A DNA stretch of 64,000 bases. Source: Camelus ferus (taxonomy: Eukaryota). Below the pieces are notes generated by a model. The model worked only from the letters and a program-made list of their open reading frames with translations. It made no database searches and was not told the DNA's origin. A program made the position numbers and the translations under genes. The first letter of the stretch is position 1. Each line of letters begins with the position of its first letter. The DNA lies in the NCBI RefSeq assembly GCF_009834535.1, contig NC_045697.1:89344001-89408000 (forward strand), given 5' to 3'. Shown piece by piece: positions 25,821 through 38,056 of this stretch.

Positions 25821-27074
25821 GGGTCATGGCAACAGCAGCATCAGCACTGTCCATAGCACCACCTCAAAGGTGAACTTCTTCACATTTCTTTCTCACAACT
25901 GATTATTGTAGCTGATTTTATAAATAATGATTGCTGCCTTCATACAGCAGTTATGGAAGGAGGACAAATCAAAGAGCCAGTCAAAGCTGTTTCTGAGTTT
26001 AGCCTATAAAAATGAGAAATAGGTCAGGTTAAATGATTTTTTTTAAGTTAAACAGAGTTGAAATCCTCATAGCAAATATAAGTTGAGCCAATGTTTTTAA
26101 GCAGTAAATCATAGGAATATCAGTCAGCAATGATCTTTTCATCAAATTAGTCTTCATATTGTCCTCTCCCGATCATTTCTTCTTCCACCACTTCCCCTTC
26201 TAAAGATTATTTTTTAAAGGTAGTAAGCAAGTTTTACCCATGTCTGTTTCAGTAGAAGAATCATCAGTAATAACAATTTTGAGGTTTGAATATATGTCAC
26301 ATAAGAAAACAACCAGCATTTGCCCACTTACATTTTTGAAAAATGTGCTAAATAAAATCATCACTGAATAAATCAAAAATAGGGGAGAGAGGACAAATCT
26401 TTATTACACACAGATTTTCTACAGAAATAATTTAAATCTTTCCTAAAGGACATAGATGGTTTTACTAAATAGAAATGCATAATAAGTTCATGAATGAGAC
26501 AATATTATCTATATTTCAATTATTTCTAAATTAAATTATATATTAAATACAGAGGTGACAAAATATTCACCCAGTCATTTTGAGGAACTCTGAATCTTAA
26601 AATTTAATTGAAAGCCTAATAGTTGACAGATCCCTAAAACTTAGATGAAGAAGATCAAAGAAGTGAGACTTGACCTACTGTTTATGAAGATGAAAATGCA
26701 ATTATAAAAAGACATAAAATACTATATAATAGAAACACAAATGTATCAATGGAATAGACCCATATGTATATAGAAACTGGACACAGTTAATATGGAATGA
26801 CAAATTAACAGTGAAAGGATAGTAAATGGAGTTAGGTAAACTGGCTCACTAGATAGAAAAAAACATAAATAAATAATATGTTTTCTGTTGTAATATACAA
26901 ACTAAGAATCATGGCGGATTAAAAACCTAAGTATGAAAAGTAAATTTTTTCAGTATATCTTTTTGAACCACAGGCTGGAAAGATTTTTTTTTAAATATTT
27001 CTAAAAGTACTCTAAGGAGAAAAAGAAAGAAAAGGTGACACAATTAAATTTTTTAAAGACACAAGCATTTAAAA

Positions 27075-29590
27075 AGAATTAAAACCAATTTTTAAAAAAC
27101 TCTTTGAGAGAAATAGAAGAGATAATACTGCCCAACCCATTTACTGAGGCTGACAGTACCTTAATACAAAACCATTTAAAATAGTAGAAAAAACAAACAA
27201 TAGATTGATAACTCAAATGAACTTAAATACAAATCCCTCAACAAAATATTAGCAAATCAAATCCAGTTACATAAAAATAATAATAGATTATGATCAAGTG
27301 AATTTTATTTTAAATATGGAAAACTAGTTCCAACATTTGAAAATTAATCAGTGTAATTAACAGGTTAATGAAGAAAAATTATATGATCATATTAATAGAT
27401 GCAAAATAAATATTTGTCATAATTATTTATATCCACTATCCAATATTTGTTAATGTTAAAAACTTTCACCAAGCTAAGAATGACTGGAACCAGCTAAACT
27501 TGATAAAGTTCATCTACAAAACACTTGTGTCTAATATCATAATGGGGAAAGACTGTATGTGTTTTCTCTAAAATCTGGAACAAATCACTGATACTGCTCT
27601 CACCACTCTCATCCAATGTAGTATCAGAAGATCTAACCACTTCAATAAGAAAAAAAAAATACAGATTAAAAAGAAAGATATAAAAGTCCTTAATTGTAGA
27701 TGATTGTCTAATCAGAAAATCCTAAGGAATCTAGAAAAAAAATTACAAAAAAACACTTCTAGAACTAATGTCAGTTCAGCAACTTTGCAGGATGCAGGAA
27801 CACCCAAGAATCAATCACATTTCTGCATACATTGATGAAGATGTAGAAACTAAAATTAAAAATATAGCAAAAACACTCTAAAAATAGTTATATATTTAAC
27901 AAAACGTGTAGAGAATCTGAATGATAAATTTTGATAGTGATGAAAAAAGAATCAAAGAAGTCCAAGATAATGGGGAGAAATATTGGGAGACTCAACCTAG
28001 TACAGATGTCACTTCTTCCTAAATGGGTTTAAAGGTTCACTGCAATTCCTATTAAAATCCCAGTAAGGCACTTTTTGTTGACATAGGCAAGCTTATTCTA
28101 CAGTTTATATGGAAAGACACAGACTCTAAAATAACTTTAAACTCCTGAAGAATAAAATGGGAAGAATCACTCTACCTGATATAAGACCTGCTGTAAAGAC
28201 AATGCGATACTGGTAAAGGTGTAGACACACAGAGCATTACAGCAGAACAGAGAGAATCCTGAAATAAATGGATCCAACTGGAAATTGTCAAAAGTGCAAA
28301 AGCAAACCAGTGGAAGTAGGATAGCTATTCAACAAATGGTGCTGAAACAATTGGACATCCAGAGTCCTCCTGCAAAACAAGCAAACAAAAAACTTGATTG
28401 AAATCATAACTTTTATACTAAAAAATAACTCAAAATGTATCCAGATTTAAATTAAAATGTAGAAGTAAGAAATTTTAGAAAAAAATAGGAAACAATCTTT
28501 TGGATTCAAGGCTAAGCAAAGAGCATGATCCAAAATAAGAAAAAATGATAAATTAAAATGCTTTTCCCGTCTAAAATGCTGGGATCCTGTTAAGAGCGTG
28601 AAAACACAAGCTTCCAACAGGGAAGCAATATTTGCAAATCTCATATTGGACAAAGAACTAGTATCTAGAATATATAAAAGACTCTCAAAACTCAATAGTT
28701 AAAAAAATGCAATTAAAAAATGGACAAAAATTATGAATACACATTACCAAAGAGGCTATGCTGATGGAAAATAAGTTTATAAAAAAGTGTTCAACATCTT
28801 TAGCCTTTCAGGAAATGCAAATATTAAGCTACAATAAGATATCACTATATGCCTACCAGAATAGCTAAAATTTAAAAACAGTGACAAGACCTCATGTTGG
28901 CAAGGATGTGGAGAAAATATTTCACTTCTACATTGAAAGTCGGAAAAGTAAAGTCGTACAACCTCTCTGAATAACAGATTGTCAGAGTCTTACAAAACAA
29001 AACATGTAACTACCACAAACCCAGGGATTGTACCCTTGAACATTTACCCTAAAGAGATGAAAATTTATGTTTACACAAAAACTTGTTCATGAATGTTCAT
29101 AGCAGATTTATTTTATAGCAGCTTAAACTGGAAATAACTCAGATATCCTTAGCAGGTGAGTAGTTAAACAAACTGTGGTGTATTCATACATGGATATTAC
29201 CCAAAAATAAATAGAATGGAACTATTGATGCACGCCACAACTTGGATGAATCTGCTGACCTTTATGCTGAGTTAAAAAAAACAATTCTACAATGTTACAG
29301 ACTGATTCTATTTATAAAATATTCTTGAAATGGCAAAATTACAGAAATGGAAGCAGATAAGCAGTTCCAGAGATTAGGAACTGAGGGATAAGTATAGCTC
29401 TACAAGGATAATAGGAGACATTTTTTTGATGAAGGAACTGTTATGCATCTTGACTGTTTAAATGTCAATACTAGTTGTGATTTTATAGCATAGTTTCACT
29501 AGATGTTACCATTGGGGGAAACTGGATTACCCTGTATTATTTCTTACTACTACATAAGAGTCTACAATTATCTCAAAATAAAAAGTTAAA
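27075..29590 (+). mobile_element. Old L1 (L1MC/L1MD-like) ORF2 3' half and 3' UTR, decayed
   Basis: CCTCAACAAAATATTAGCAAATCAAATCCAG, TTCAACAAATGGTGCTGAAACAATTGGACATCC, and the terminal GATGTTACCATTGGGGGAAACTGG...TCTACAATTATCTCAAAATAAAAAGTT. Confidence 0.88.
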
Positions 29591-30004
29591 CTAATAAATA
29601 AGCATACTTCTTTAATGTGAATATTAAAAATGATACTATGATTCAGCTGACAGATTAGAAGCTACTTACACTCTCTAAATTTGAATATCACTAATATATA
29701 GACTTACAAAAAATTATTGCAATAACTAGAAATTAGCTATCTATAGAAATATAGGCAAAATATGAACATATAATTCATATAATACTCAAAGGGATAATAA
29801 GTATATGGGAAAATATGAAAATCCACTGGAATTAGGTACAAAGGATATCCCACCCACTAGGTCTGCGATAATTTGAAGTTCAAACATGTGTCAAGTGTTC
29901 AAAAACGTGGGGAAACAGAATTCCTGATGCATTTGCATTGATGGGAGAACATACTAATATAGCCTACTTAGAGAGCAATCTGCAATACTTAGTGAAATTC
30001 AGCC

Positions 30005-30005
30005 T

Positions 30006-30061
<56 letters not shown>
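30005..30061 (+). repeat. (TATACA)n hexanucleotide microsatellite
   Basis: About 9 perfect units. Confidence 0.95.
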
Positions 30062-31529
30062 CACACACATTTACACCTTGCATAAAATCTAAGACCTAGC
30101 AGCAGAGCAATTATTCTTTGTACCTACCCCAGTATATTCATACACTATTCCATTAGGGAGTGTGTGTGTGTATATATATATATGATGCTCATCTCACTCA
30201 TCTCAGTGTGTTTTGTTGTAGGGAGAAATTTAAGGCAGTTTAGGTGTCTGTTAATGGAGGAATAGATAAGCAAAATGTGGTGAATATACAGTAAACAATA
30301 CTCAGCAGCCATTAGAAGCATCAAACTAGATGCAGACACAGTAAGATGGACAAATCTTAATACAGCAATTGAATATGCCATTCAGTTAATAAAAATTTTG
30401 TATAAATACATTTGTATATTGTAATAATATGTGTAATTATATATAATGTATAGAATGCAAAATCAGCACTGAGAATTTACAAACATAAATATTTTACACA
30501 TTAAAGGGTTTGACCATATGTAGAAAAGGGCTTTAGGAATGAAGTTGAAAGAAATACTTAATAAACTAAATAAATGATGTTATTCAAAAATTGAGTATTT
30601 TATTGATAATATAATAGTAGACCATTGCATAAGATCTTTCCCTCCTGCTCTAGAAATGGTGACCAGAATCTAAAATCAAAAACGAAAACAAAGAGATCTT
30701 AATGACCTGGCATAGAGACCACCAAATAGCTGAGGCCAGACCCATCTCTCAGGGCTTATTACATGTTGAGACGTGGCTGAACCAGCAGGACTACCTCCAG
30801 CTATCACCCTAGCAACCATTTGTCCTTCAATTCACAGCCCCTGAAATATCCAAAAAGACCAGAAAGGGGGAGTCCTCTATCTAAGGGGGCTGTAGTAACT
30901 CTTTCCTGATTTCTTCCATGTGATAAGACATATCCACCCCATAAGTGAAGTGAATAAAATCTCAAGAGAATCACTTGTAGGGCTTGAAAGAGCTGAGATA
31001 TTTACACCATACAATTTAAAGGATTCTTTTACTTTGAGGAATATATTCCAGAAACAGAGATAAAGTGAAGTTTAGGAGAAGAGATGTTTTGGGCCCAGTC
31101 ATTCAATCTGCCAGGTTGCTTACAGAAATAACTCTATGCATTTCTGAACTCAACGAACTGTATAAATAAAAATCAGGACTGAGCCACACATTTGATTATA
31201 TGATGTCCAGAAATTAGCAGTGCAAAGTCATGTGGATCAAGGTGCCTTGAGCATCTGCCTGATTCTTCTTTTGTTGGGTATTTTCATCTAAAAGAAAATG
31301 AGTATGACATTAAGTTTGTCTGACATCAAATTTCTAAAAAGGTGCAGATACGATTTAAAACAAAGTAGACCAGGAAGGCTAGACTGAGATTTATCATCAG
31401 GGTTTCAAAAGTGATGCTTTTTAGCAATTTATAGGGAAAAAATCTTCTAAAAAATAAGGATTATATAAATTAGAAATCTAGAATCTATTTTTGGTACCCT
31501 ATTGTCTCCCACCCCTCCTATTTGATTAT

Positions 31530-32850
31530 CCATGCCCTCTATGTATTTAATGCTTTGAATCTATCTACTTTTTGTCATATCAGCTGTCATCATCCTAGGT
31601 TAAGTTGACTTCATCTCTAACCCCATTATTTTAATTGTCTCTGAACTTCCAGTATCCCTGTTGGCCCTTTCCAAGTAGTTTACTACACTGAAGCCAGAGT
31701 GATCATTTAAAAATACAATTCTGATCACACTTTCACCCACTGCCACCCTCCATCCCCCAACTTAAAATATTTCAAGAGTATTATATTGTGTATCAGTTAG
31801 AATCAAGAGGGAAGGGAAAAACTTCATATGGCCTACAAGTCCCTGCATATTCTAACTCCTAGTTAAAAAATCAGCAGAATTGTCTGTTGATTCAACAAAA
31901 TTAAGTGTATGACATATAGTACGATAAGGGAAAATGTCACCTTGGCAGAGTCTTAGTAGTATCTCAGAAGAAAAAGTCTAGGAGGAATATTTACGATGTT
32001 TTGAAATCTGGACTCACGTGTTGTAAGAAGAGCCTTTCAAGGTGGGGAGCCTATTAGGATTGGGCACATTTTGTGTCATAGCAATAGTTTAAGACTTGAT
32101 GACCCAACTTAAAAGTGAGTGTTTACGTAAACTGTTTGATGAACGAGCTGGTTGTCTAGGAGAGCAATGTATTATTCTTCTGATCAATGAACCCTTTTCG
32201 CAGATTGGCAATTGTTTGTTCAGATAGAATGGTTGGTTTGTAGGAACTTCCCAAAGGAAAGAGAGAAGTATGTATTGGTTTACAGCCTGTTTTCTAGGAC
32301 AAGAATTTCTTGAAGCCAATAGAAGTCTTGTGTCAGGTAGTCTCTGTTATCTGTCCTCAATAGTTAAACTATGTGGAGGGGGAAGGTCTCAGTTCTCCTT
32401 CTTTAGCTTAAGTTTATGCAAATTTCTCTTCCAGCCATATTCCCCTGCATATAATCTGGGAGTTGTATATCCCATGGTCCCTCTTTCAGGAGTGCTTTTG
32501 CATATGCATTTTTTCCTGCGTAGAATGCTCTTCCTTTCCCCTTTTCATATCTAAACTCCTGTTTCTTTTTTGTGGCTCAATAATTGCTTCTTAGGAGAAC
32601 TCTTTCCTGACACCTCTGACTTGGATGAACCAGTCTGTTTTGTGCTTTCATAATTCATGAATTGCTTATTTGTAAACTTATTGTTATGATTTTATTTTAC
32701 TTGCTTGATTGTTTGATTAAAGGATAACTCCTCTACCAGACTATAAGCTTTAAGAGGTAGGTTTCATGTTTCTTTGGCTCACTCTTAGACTCTGTGTCTG
32801 TTACACAATGTCACATTAGTTCCTCAAGTATTTGGATGAAGGATAAATGG
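31530..32850 (+). mobile_element. L2 3' region split by an LTR insertion (L2 parts ~31530-31860 and ~32400-32850)
   Basis: CACTGAAGCCAGAGTGATCATTTAAAAATACAATTCTGATCA...GGCCTACAAGTCCCTGCAT before the insert; TAGAATGCTCTTCC...CCAGACTATAAGCTT...TTGGATGAAGGATAAATG after it. Confidence 0.75.
31861..32398. mobile_element. Probable old solo LTR (ERV1-like) inserted in L2
   Basis: A ~540 bp non-L2 block that cleanly interrupts collinear L2 sequence and ends GGTCTCAGTTCTC; family assignment uncertain. Confidence 0.5.
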
Positions 32851-33949
32851 AAAACATCCGTCTACCTAAACAATACTTATAATTTTACCTACTACCTAAA
32901 ATAATAGTCATAACTGAACCCTTGGGCCATGTAATTATCACCAGGAATCTTGAATTTATCACTAGAGATGATACTGTGGAGTGAAGAAGTAGTTTTTCCA
33001 GCAAGCAGAGGTGGGGACTCAGCATAATATAATTTAAATGTTTAAATACTGTCACCCTTTTTTTAAAATCCCAAGGCTGAATGGGGATGTATCAGTATGG
33101 AAGATGTTAACCAAAGTGATTCATGGTAATTAGGATTATTCAAAACACTTTATTATATTAGAAAAATATTCAAAACAGGAAGATTTTTCTCACTTTTCAT
33201 TTCACAGTATTTTCTCAGAAGATACTGTGTAGCCAAATGTAAATATGAAAATCCAAGTTTAGCATCTGTGAACAATAAGGAAGTGCTTTCTTCATTATAA
33301 TCATAGATGCTAAGAAACTGAATATGAGAATGATATATTTAAAGCACGTATTCTTTAATATTTTTTTCTCATTCAGTTTAGTTTGATGTCATGGAAGAAA
33401 TTACTGACAGAGTATACAAGCACACACAAACACAAACACACAATCTCAAGAGAAATGAAAGAAAACAAGATAATGTTAAATAACTTTATAAATAAGCCCA
33501 TTAAACCATTTACTTCTCACTGTTCACCAGGCGGCTATAGGCTATATTTAAGTGAACTGAAATAAAATAACATGTATTAAGCACCTACCAAGGCCCAGAA
33601 CTGAACTTATTACCTACCATCATTATCAAAACAAGACCATGAAGAAGATAAAGTCTCTTTCCTAACTGGTTCTAAACTAGAGAATAATAAATAAACAATT
33701 GAAGGAGATATGTTTATATAAGGCCAAGGGTAAAATAAGCATAATACATGCAGAGAAGGCAATGACCGGCATGCCAATAAAGTAGGCAGATTTATGAAAG
33801 ATTTGGATATTAAGAGAAAGTGAAGACACATTTTTAAAAGAGAGCCTAAGGAGATACTATAACACATTTGTTTACACTCATCTTAAGCATTTTCTTTCTA
33901 GGTCAACTTGTTTGAATGTAGTGTCCTAAGGAAAAAATAGTCACTTTCA

Positions 33950-34535
33950 AGTCTTATCTTACTGTTTATAGAAATGTGCTTCTTGTGAGGACTTAATTCA
34001 CATAATTAAAGGAGCAGAACACACAAATGAGGTACTAAGAGTGCTCTGGCATGATAAACTGCCGAGTATGAATCCCATAATTATGAAAGCTAGCCCCATC
34101 AGAAACCCAGCTACCATAATTGGGAAACATTTCTTCATGGAGCCTTCTCATTTCTGCACAACTTATGAGAAGAAGCATTAACAGCATTTTGTTTTGGATT
34201 ATCTTTGCAAGGATATTTGTAAAAGGAACAGCCTTTAATAATGTCTCCTTCCAGATCAAAGAGTAAGCTTACTGCCCATTATAAATATTAGTGTTCTCTT
34301 AGCTCAAGATTCCTCTCCTTTAATGCAACCCATTGCATGCGCATGCATCCATCTGGGTTCTTCTGAACTATCCCATGGGACCTTTCATCAGGAAACTGAT
34401 GAAAATTCAAAAGTTTGTAGGTGCTTATGTTACTTATTATGCTCTGAACCAGGAATCCGAGATCTTCTGAAAGCATTCATAAACTTGTTAGCTTGCAAGT
34501 AGGGTAATATGGCAGACCCTTCACCATACTTGACA
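33950..34535 (+). mobile_element. 5' LTR of an ERV-L-like provirus (MER74/MER73/MER54 group)
   Basis: Ends AACTTGTTAGCTTGCAAGTAGGGTAATATGGCAGACCCTTCACCATACTTGACA, homologous to 37941-38056. Shares ATAATGTCTCCTTCCA (34238-34253) exactly with the solo LTR at 57216-57231. Start is approximate. Confidence 0.75.
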
Positions 34536-34855
34536 GTTTGTGCTACTATAACAAAAGTAACATAAACTGGAAGTTTTAAACAACAGACATTTATTTTTCA
34601 TAGTTCTAAAGCTTGGAGAGTCCAGGATCAAGGGACCAGCAGATCCTTTGTCTGGTGAGGGCCTACTTCTTGGTTCATAGATGGCCATCTTCTTGCTGTG
34701 TCCTTACATGGTATAAAGAGTGAGGTAACTCTCTGATGTCTCTTTCATGAAAACAGTGACCTAGTTACTTCCCAAAGGCCCAACTCCTAGTACTGTCACA
34801 ATGGGATTCATATTTCAACACATGAATTTTGCAGGGACGCATCCAGTTGATAACA
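34536..34855 (-). mobile_element. MaLR LTR (MLT1A0-like)
   Basis: GCTACTATAACAAAA...AAACAACAGACATTTATTTTTCATAGTTCT...TCTGGTGAGGGCC...GATGGCCATCTTCTTGCTGTGTCCTTACATGG...TTTCAACACATGAATTTT...TAACA. Confidence 0.9.
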
Positions 34856-34862
34856 ATAGTGA

Positions 34863-34880
34863 TGGCAATGAGGATGGGAT
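34863..34880 (+). other. Retroviral primer-binding site complementary to tRNA-Ser(GCT)
   Basis: TGGCAATGAGGATGGGAT versus TGGCGACGAGGATGGGAT (reverse complement of the tRNA-Ser 3' 18 nt including CCA): 16/18, and both mismatches are CpG transitions. Confidence 0.8.
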
Positions 34881-37298
34881 GCTGATAGCTTTCTGGAAAG
34901 GAAGGATAAGATTGTTATGGAACAGTTAACAAGATTTGTAGGAAGACCATCAGAATAAATAGCAAATGTTTTGACCATACCATAAGGCTAAATGGGCAAT
35001 AAATAATCCTCTACTCTTTTGCCTGTTACTGAGGAAGAATTGAGTTATTATAGGCTGAGTACTGGAAAATAGTTTCAGAGATACTTTGCTGAATAATATA
35101 TTGTCGCTAAATACACTTCAGGCAGGAGGATTCCTTGACGATCACCCCGTTGCAACAACAAATGCTGAGATTCATCGAGCTGGCCAGGTTTCTCTCACTT
35201 TCAGACAATAAAGAGATAAACTCCTATGCTGAGTGAGAAGGGAGGAAAATTCACTAGTGCTATGGGCAGAAACCCAACCAATTGTGAGTTCTTTGGTTCT
35301 CTTGGAAGATGAAATGTGTTCTGTAATGCTTGTTAAGGAAGATGGCAACAGCTGGGCTATCTTAGATCTTCATCTTAGCTCCTTCTGGAGTTTACTATGC
35401 CAACTTTAGATAGATTTGAAGATATCGATAAAAGATCTCAAAGTTTTACTGCAGTGAGTTTCAGCTCATTTAAGGGAGCTTTTGCCCTCTCTGTGGAATT
35501 TCCCTGAGCATAAAAGAATTCTCTTACCCATTGAGATGAAACTCAGTATAGATTTAAGAGTTATTATCATGACAGTGGGGTGATTTATACCATTGGTAAA
35601 GATGGACTCCTTTATAAAATGTTGCCATGTGACATAATGACGGCTGAGTTAGCCAGCCAGTGAGTTCAAGGCCTATGGTTCCCATAGGAAAGGAATGTGG
35701 CCATACCTGTTACATCAAGAAATCCCCAAAACTGAAATAGATGGTGTAGGGACTAATTACCTCATCACCTAATATAGGACATTGGGTGGACCAGAGACAT
35801 TGGAAGTAACTTTAATTGAGTTGTCAGAAGCGACTTCTGTGCTCAAAAAACAAAATATATTCATCAGACATATTATTCATCTGGCTTACAGTTAAAGCCA
35901 CTCACTTCCTCCATGCCTGGTATCTCTCACTCCTCATCCAACATGACCTCAGTTACTTCAAGGTAAAAGAGGATTAGCTGTGACTGCAAGTTCTCCCTCT
36001 CTACAAGGGAGAGGGCAGATTTTGCACTTGCATGGTGTATGCTAAAGACCTCAGGGGATGTGAATAATTCCCACTTGCAAGGCTCTTTCCAGTAGGCACC
36101 CATGGGGTGGGGTGGGGTGTGGTAGGGGATAGATGCATGATTTTAGTCCATGGGGATTGGGGAGGGATTCCTAGTGGGAAAGCGAGATAAACATGATCTT
36201 ATAGGTGGGACTTACAAGCTTCTATTGGGCTAATTCAGTGTACTCTTACTGCATTTATATCTGAATATATTATAGGAACTGATGTGCTATATGCTTGTAT
36301 TTCTCCATCACATAAGTACCATGCAGGATTTCCCTGACTGACAATGTCCAACATTGGAAAACTATTAATGGGACAAAATCATCTGCCATTTACTACCAGC
36401 TGGTAGGTCAGAATTTGGTGTGACTGCTTCTACACTTGATGTATAAAGCTTTAACTCTTTATTTGATGTTCCCTCAGTCATCTTAGGAACTGCCTTGGCA
36501 AATCAGAGCTTCAGTGGTCCTGAGAATGATGTAATCACACCATTGCCAGCAGGAATGACAGATAAACACTTACATAATCCAGATGGCTGTTCACCAAGTA
36601 AAGTTTCTAGGGGCTACATGGACACATTCATAATGCTTCACTCTGCTGGCAGTCAGGAAAAACAAGTTATGTTTTTGGACAACTTTCTGAATAGCAAAAA
36701 TAAGGCCCACTACTTTATTGGAGTTTTGGGGTACTGGAGACAAAGCGTGCCTCATTAATGCATCCTTCTTGATCTTTTATATTGGTTGATCCACCAAGAA
36801 GCATCTTTTCAAACTAATATGCTGTTCGGAACCTGTCCATCTAGTTGTGATATGCTCTTTGTATTCGTGGTGCCCCAACATAAGTGACCTTTTTTGGACT
36901 ATAAGCCTCTGACTGATAGTCTTGCTCAGAGAAGTCTCGAGCAAAAGGAAGGAGCTTACTCCAAGAGGCACTCTCTAGGGTTTTGGATTTATTGCCTCCC
37001 TAACATGGCTCTCAAGTATACTTGCTTTGAAAGCTGCTATTAGATTGTACTAGAAACTTGTCAAAACTGAATGCCTGATCAAGGGGGCTTTGTGACTCTC
37101 TTAACCTGTTATTCCCATGATGGAAAATAGCAACTTGTATTCAATAACTAACAAGGTAGAAAGAACCCAAAGGTCTTACTGGAAACACTAATTAATGAAA
37201 ACACTAATTTGAAAATGTATGTACCCTAAAGTTTATTGCAGCATTATTTACGATATCCAAGATATGAAAGTAACCATCAGTAGATGATTGGGTAAAGT

Positions 37299-37332
<34 letters not shown>

Positions 37333-37870
37333 TGTAACACACACACACATTCATCCATAAAAAAAAGAAATCTTGCCATTGGCCATTGGAAATGGCATTT
37401 TCAGAAATACAACCTGCCTAGCCCCAGTGATATCTTGGAATTAAGTGAAAAATTATCAATAATCCTCTACTCTGCCACCTGGAGCAAAGCTGCAGGTTCA
37501 TTGGGGTCTTCAGTTCACCAAGTCTCCCTGAAGTGCCTGGGCTAGATTTAGTGGTGATTAATCTTAGCTGTTGTCCGTGAGGCTAGTAAGGCTGTTCAAC
37601 CTTAGAATCAGCTATGTATAGCCAAAAGCAGATGAGGTCACTTTGCCTAGTGGGCAGAATTCAAGGCCATTCTCATAGCTCTGGCCAGTCCTTCGATGAA
37701 CGCTGTTGTATTTTACTGACTCTCAGGTTGTTGCCAGTGGCTGCTTATCAATCCATCTAGGTCACTTATGCAGATGCTCAGAGTAGAGGGTCATTGTGTA
37801 GTTCGTCAAGCTAGAAGTAAGCTGCTGCTCAAGGCTACACCACTCAAATTGTCACCATTACTGCCTGAAC
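34881..37870 (+). pseudogene. Decayed class III (ERV-L-like) gag-pro-pol internal region
   Basis: gag-like MWPYLLHQEIPKTEIDG (~35696-35746). Protease-like AFISEYIIGTDVL (~36250-36290). RT YMDTFI (degenerate YxDD) and KAHYFIGVLGYWRQSVPH (ORF 36495-36758). SLGFW (~36975). WKWHFQ (~37387). RNase H WAEFKAILIAL...FTDSQVVASG (~37650-37740). Confidence 0.85.
37195..37380 (+). mobile_element. Internal L1 fragment (end of ORF2) inserted in ERV pol, containing (TG)n/(CA)n
   Basis: ACACTAATTTGAAAATGTATGTACCCTAAAGTTTATTGCAGCATTATTTACGATATCCAAGATATG...CCATAAAAAAAAGAAATCTTGCCATT; no poly(A) terminus. Confidence 0.8.
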
Positions 37871-37940
37871 TTGTCATTTTGGCAGACATATAACATATTC
37901 AGTATCATATCTGGCTATATGTGAAGGACTCCATGTTTTT

Positions 37941-38056
37941 TCTTTTGTCTCTGACCCAAAAGTCTTGTGTCTTCTACCAACATCCATGGAACTCTACCAG
38001 CCTAACTTGTTTACTTGTAAATAACATAAAATCTTAGACCTTCACAATTCTTGACA
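37941..38056 (+). mobile_element. 3' LTR remnant (U5 end) of the ERV-L-like provirus
   Basis: TTTGTCTCTGACCCAAAAGTCTTGTGTCTTCTACCAACATCCATGGAACT...CTAACTTGTTTACTTGTAAATAACATAAAATCTTAGACCTTCACAATTCTTGACA is a direct repeat of the 5' LTR end. Confidence 0.8.

Larger units (their letters stand above)
26600..30420 (+). mobile_element. Very old L1 (L1ME-like) ORF2/3' remnant, interrupted by the L1 at 27075-29590
   Basis: Decayed ORF2-like motifs (GTATCAATGGAATAGA, GGATTAAAAACCTAAGTATGAAA) before 27075 resume after ~29620 (CTAATATATAGACTTACAA...AGCAAAATGTGGTGAATATACA). Confidence 0.6.
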
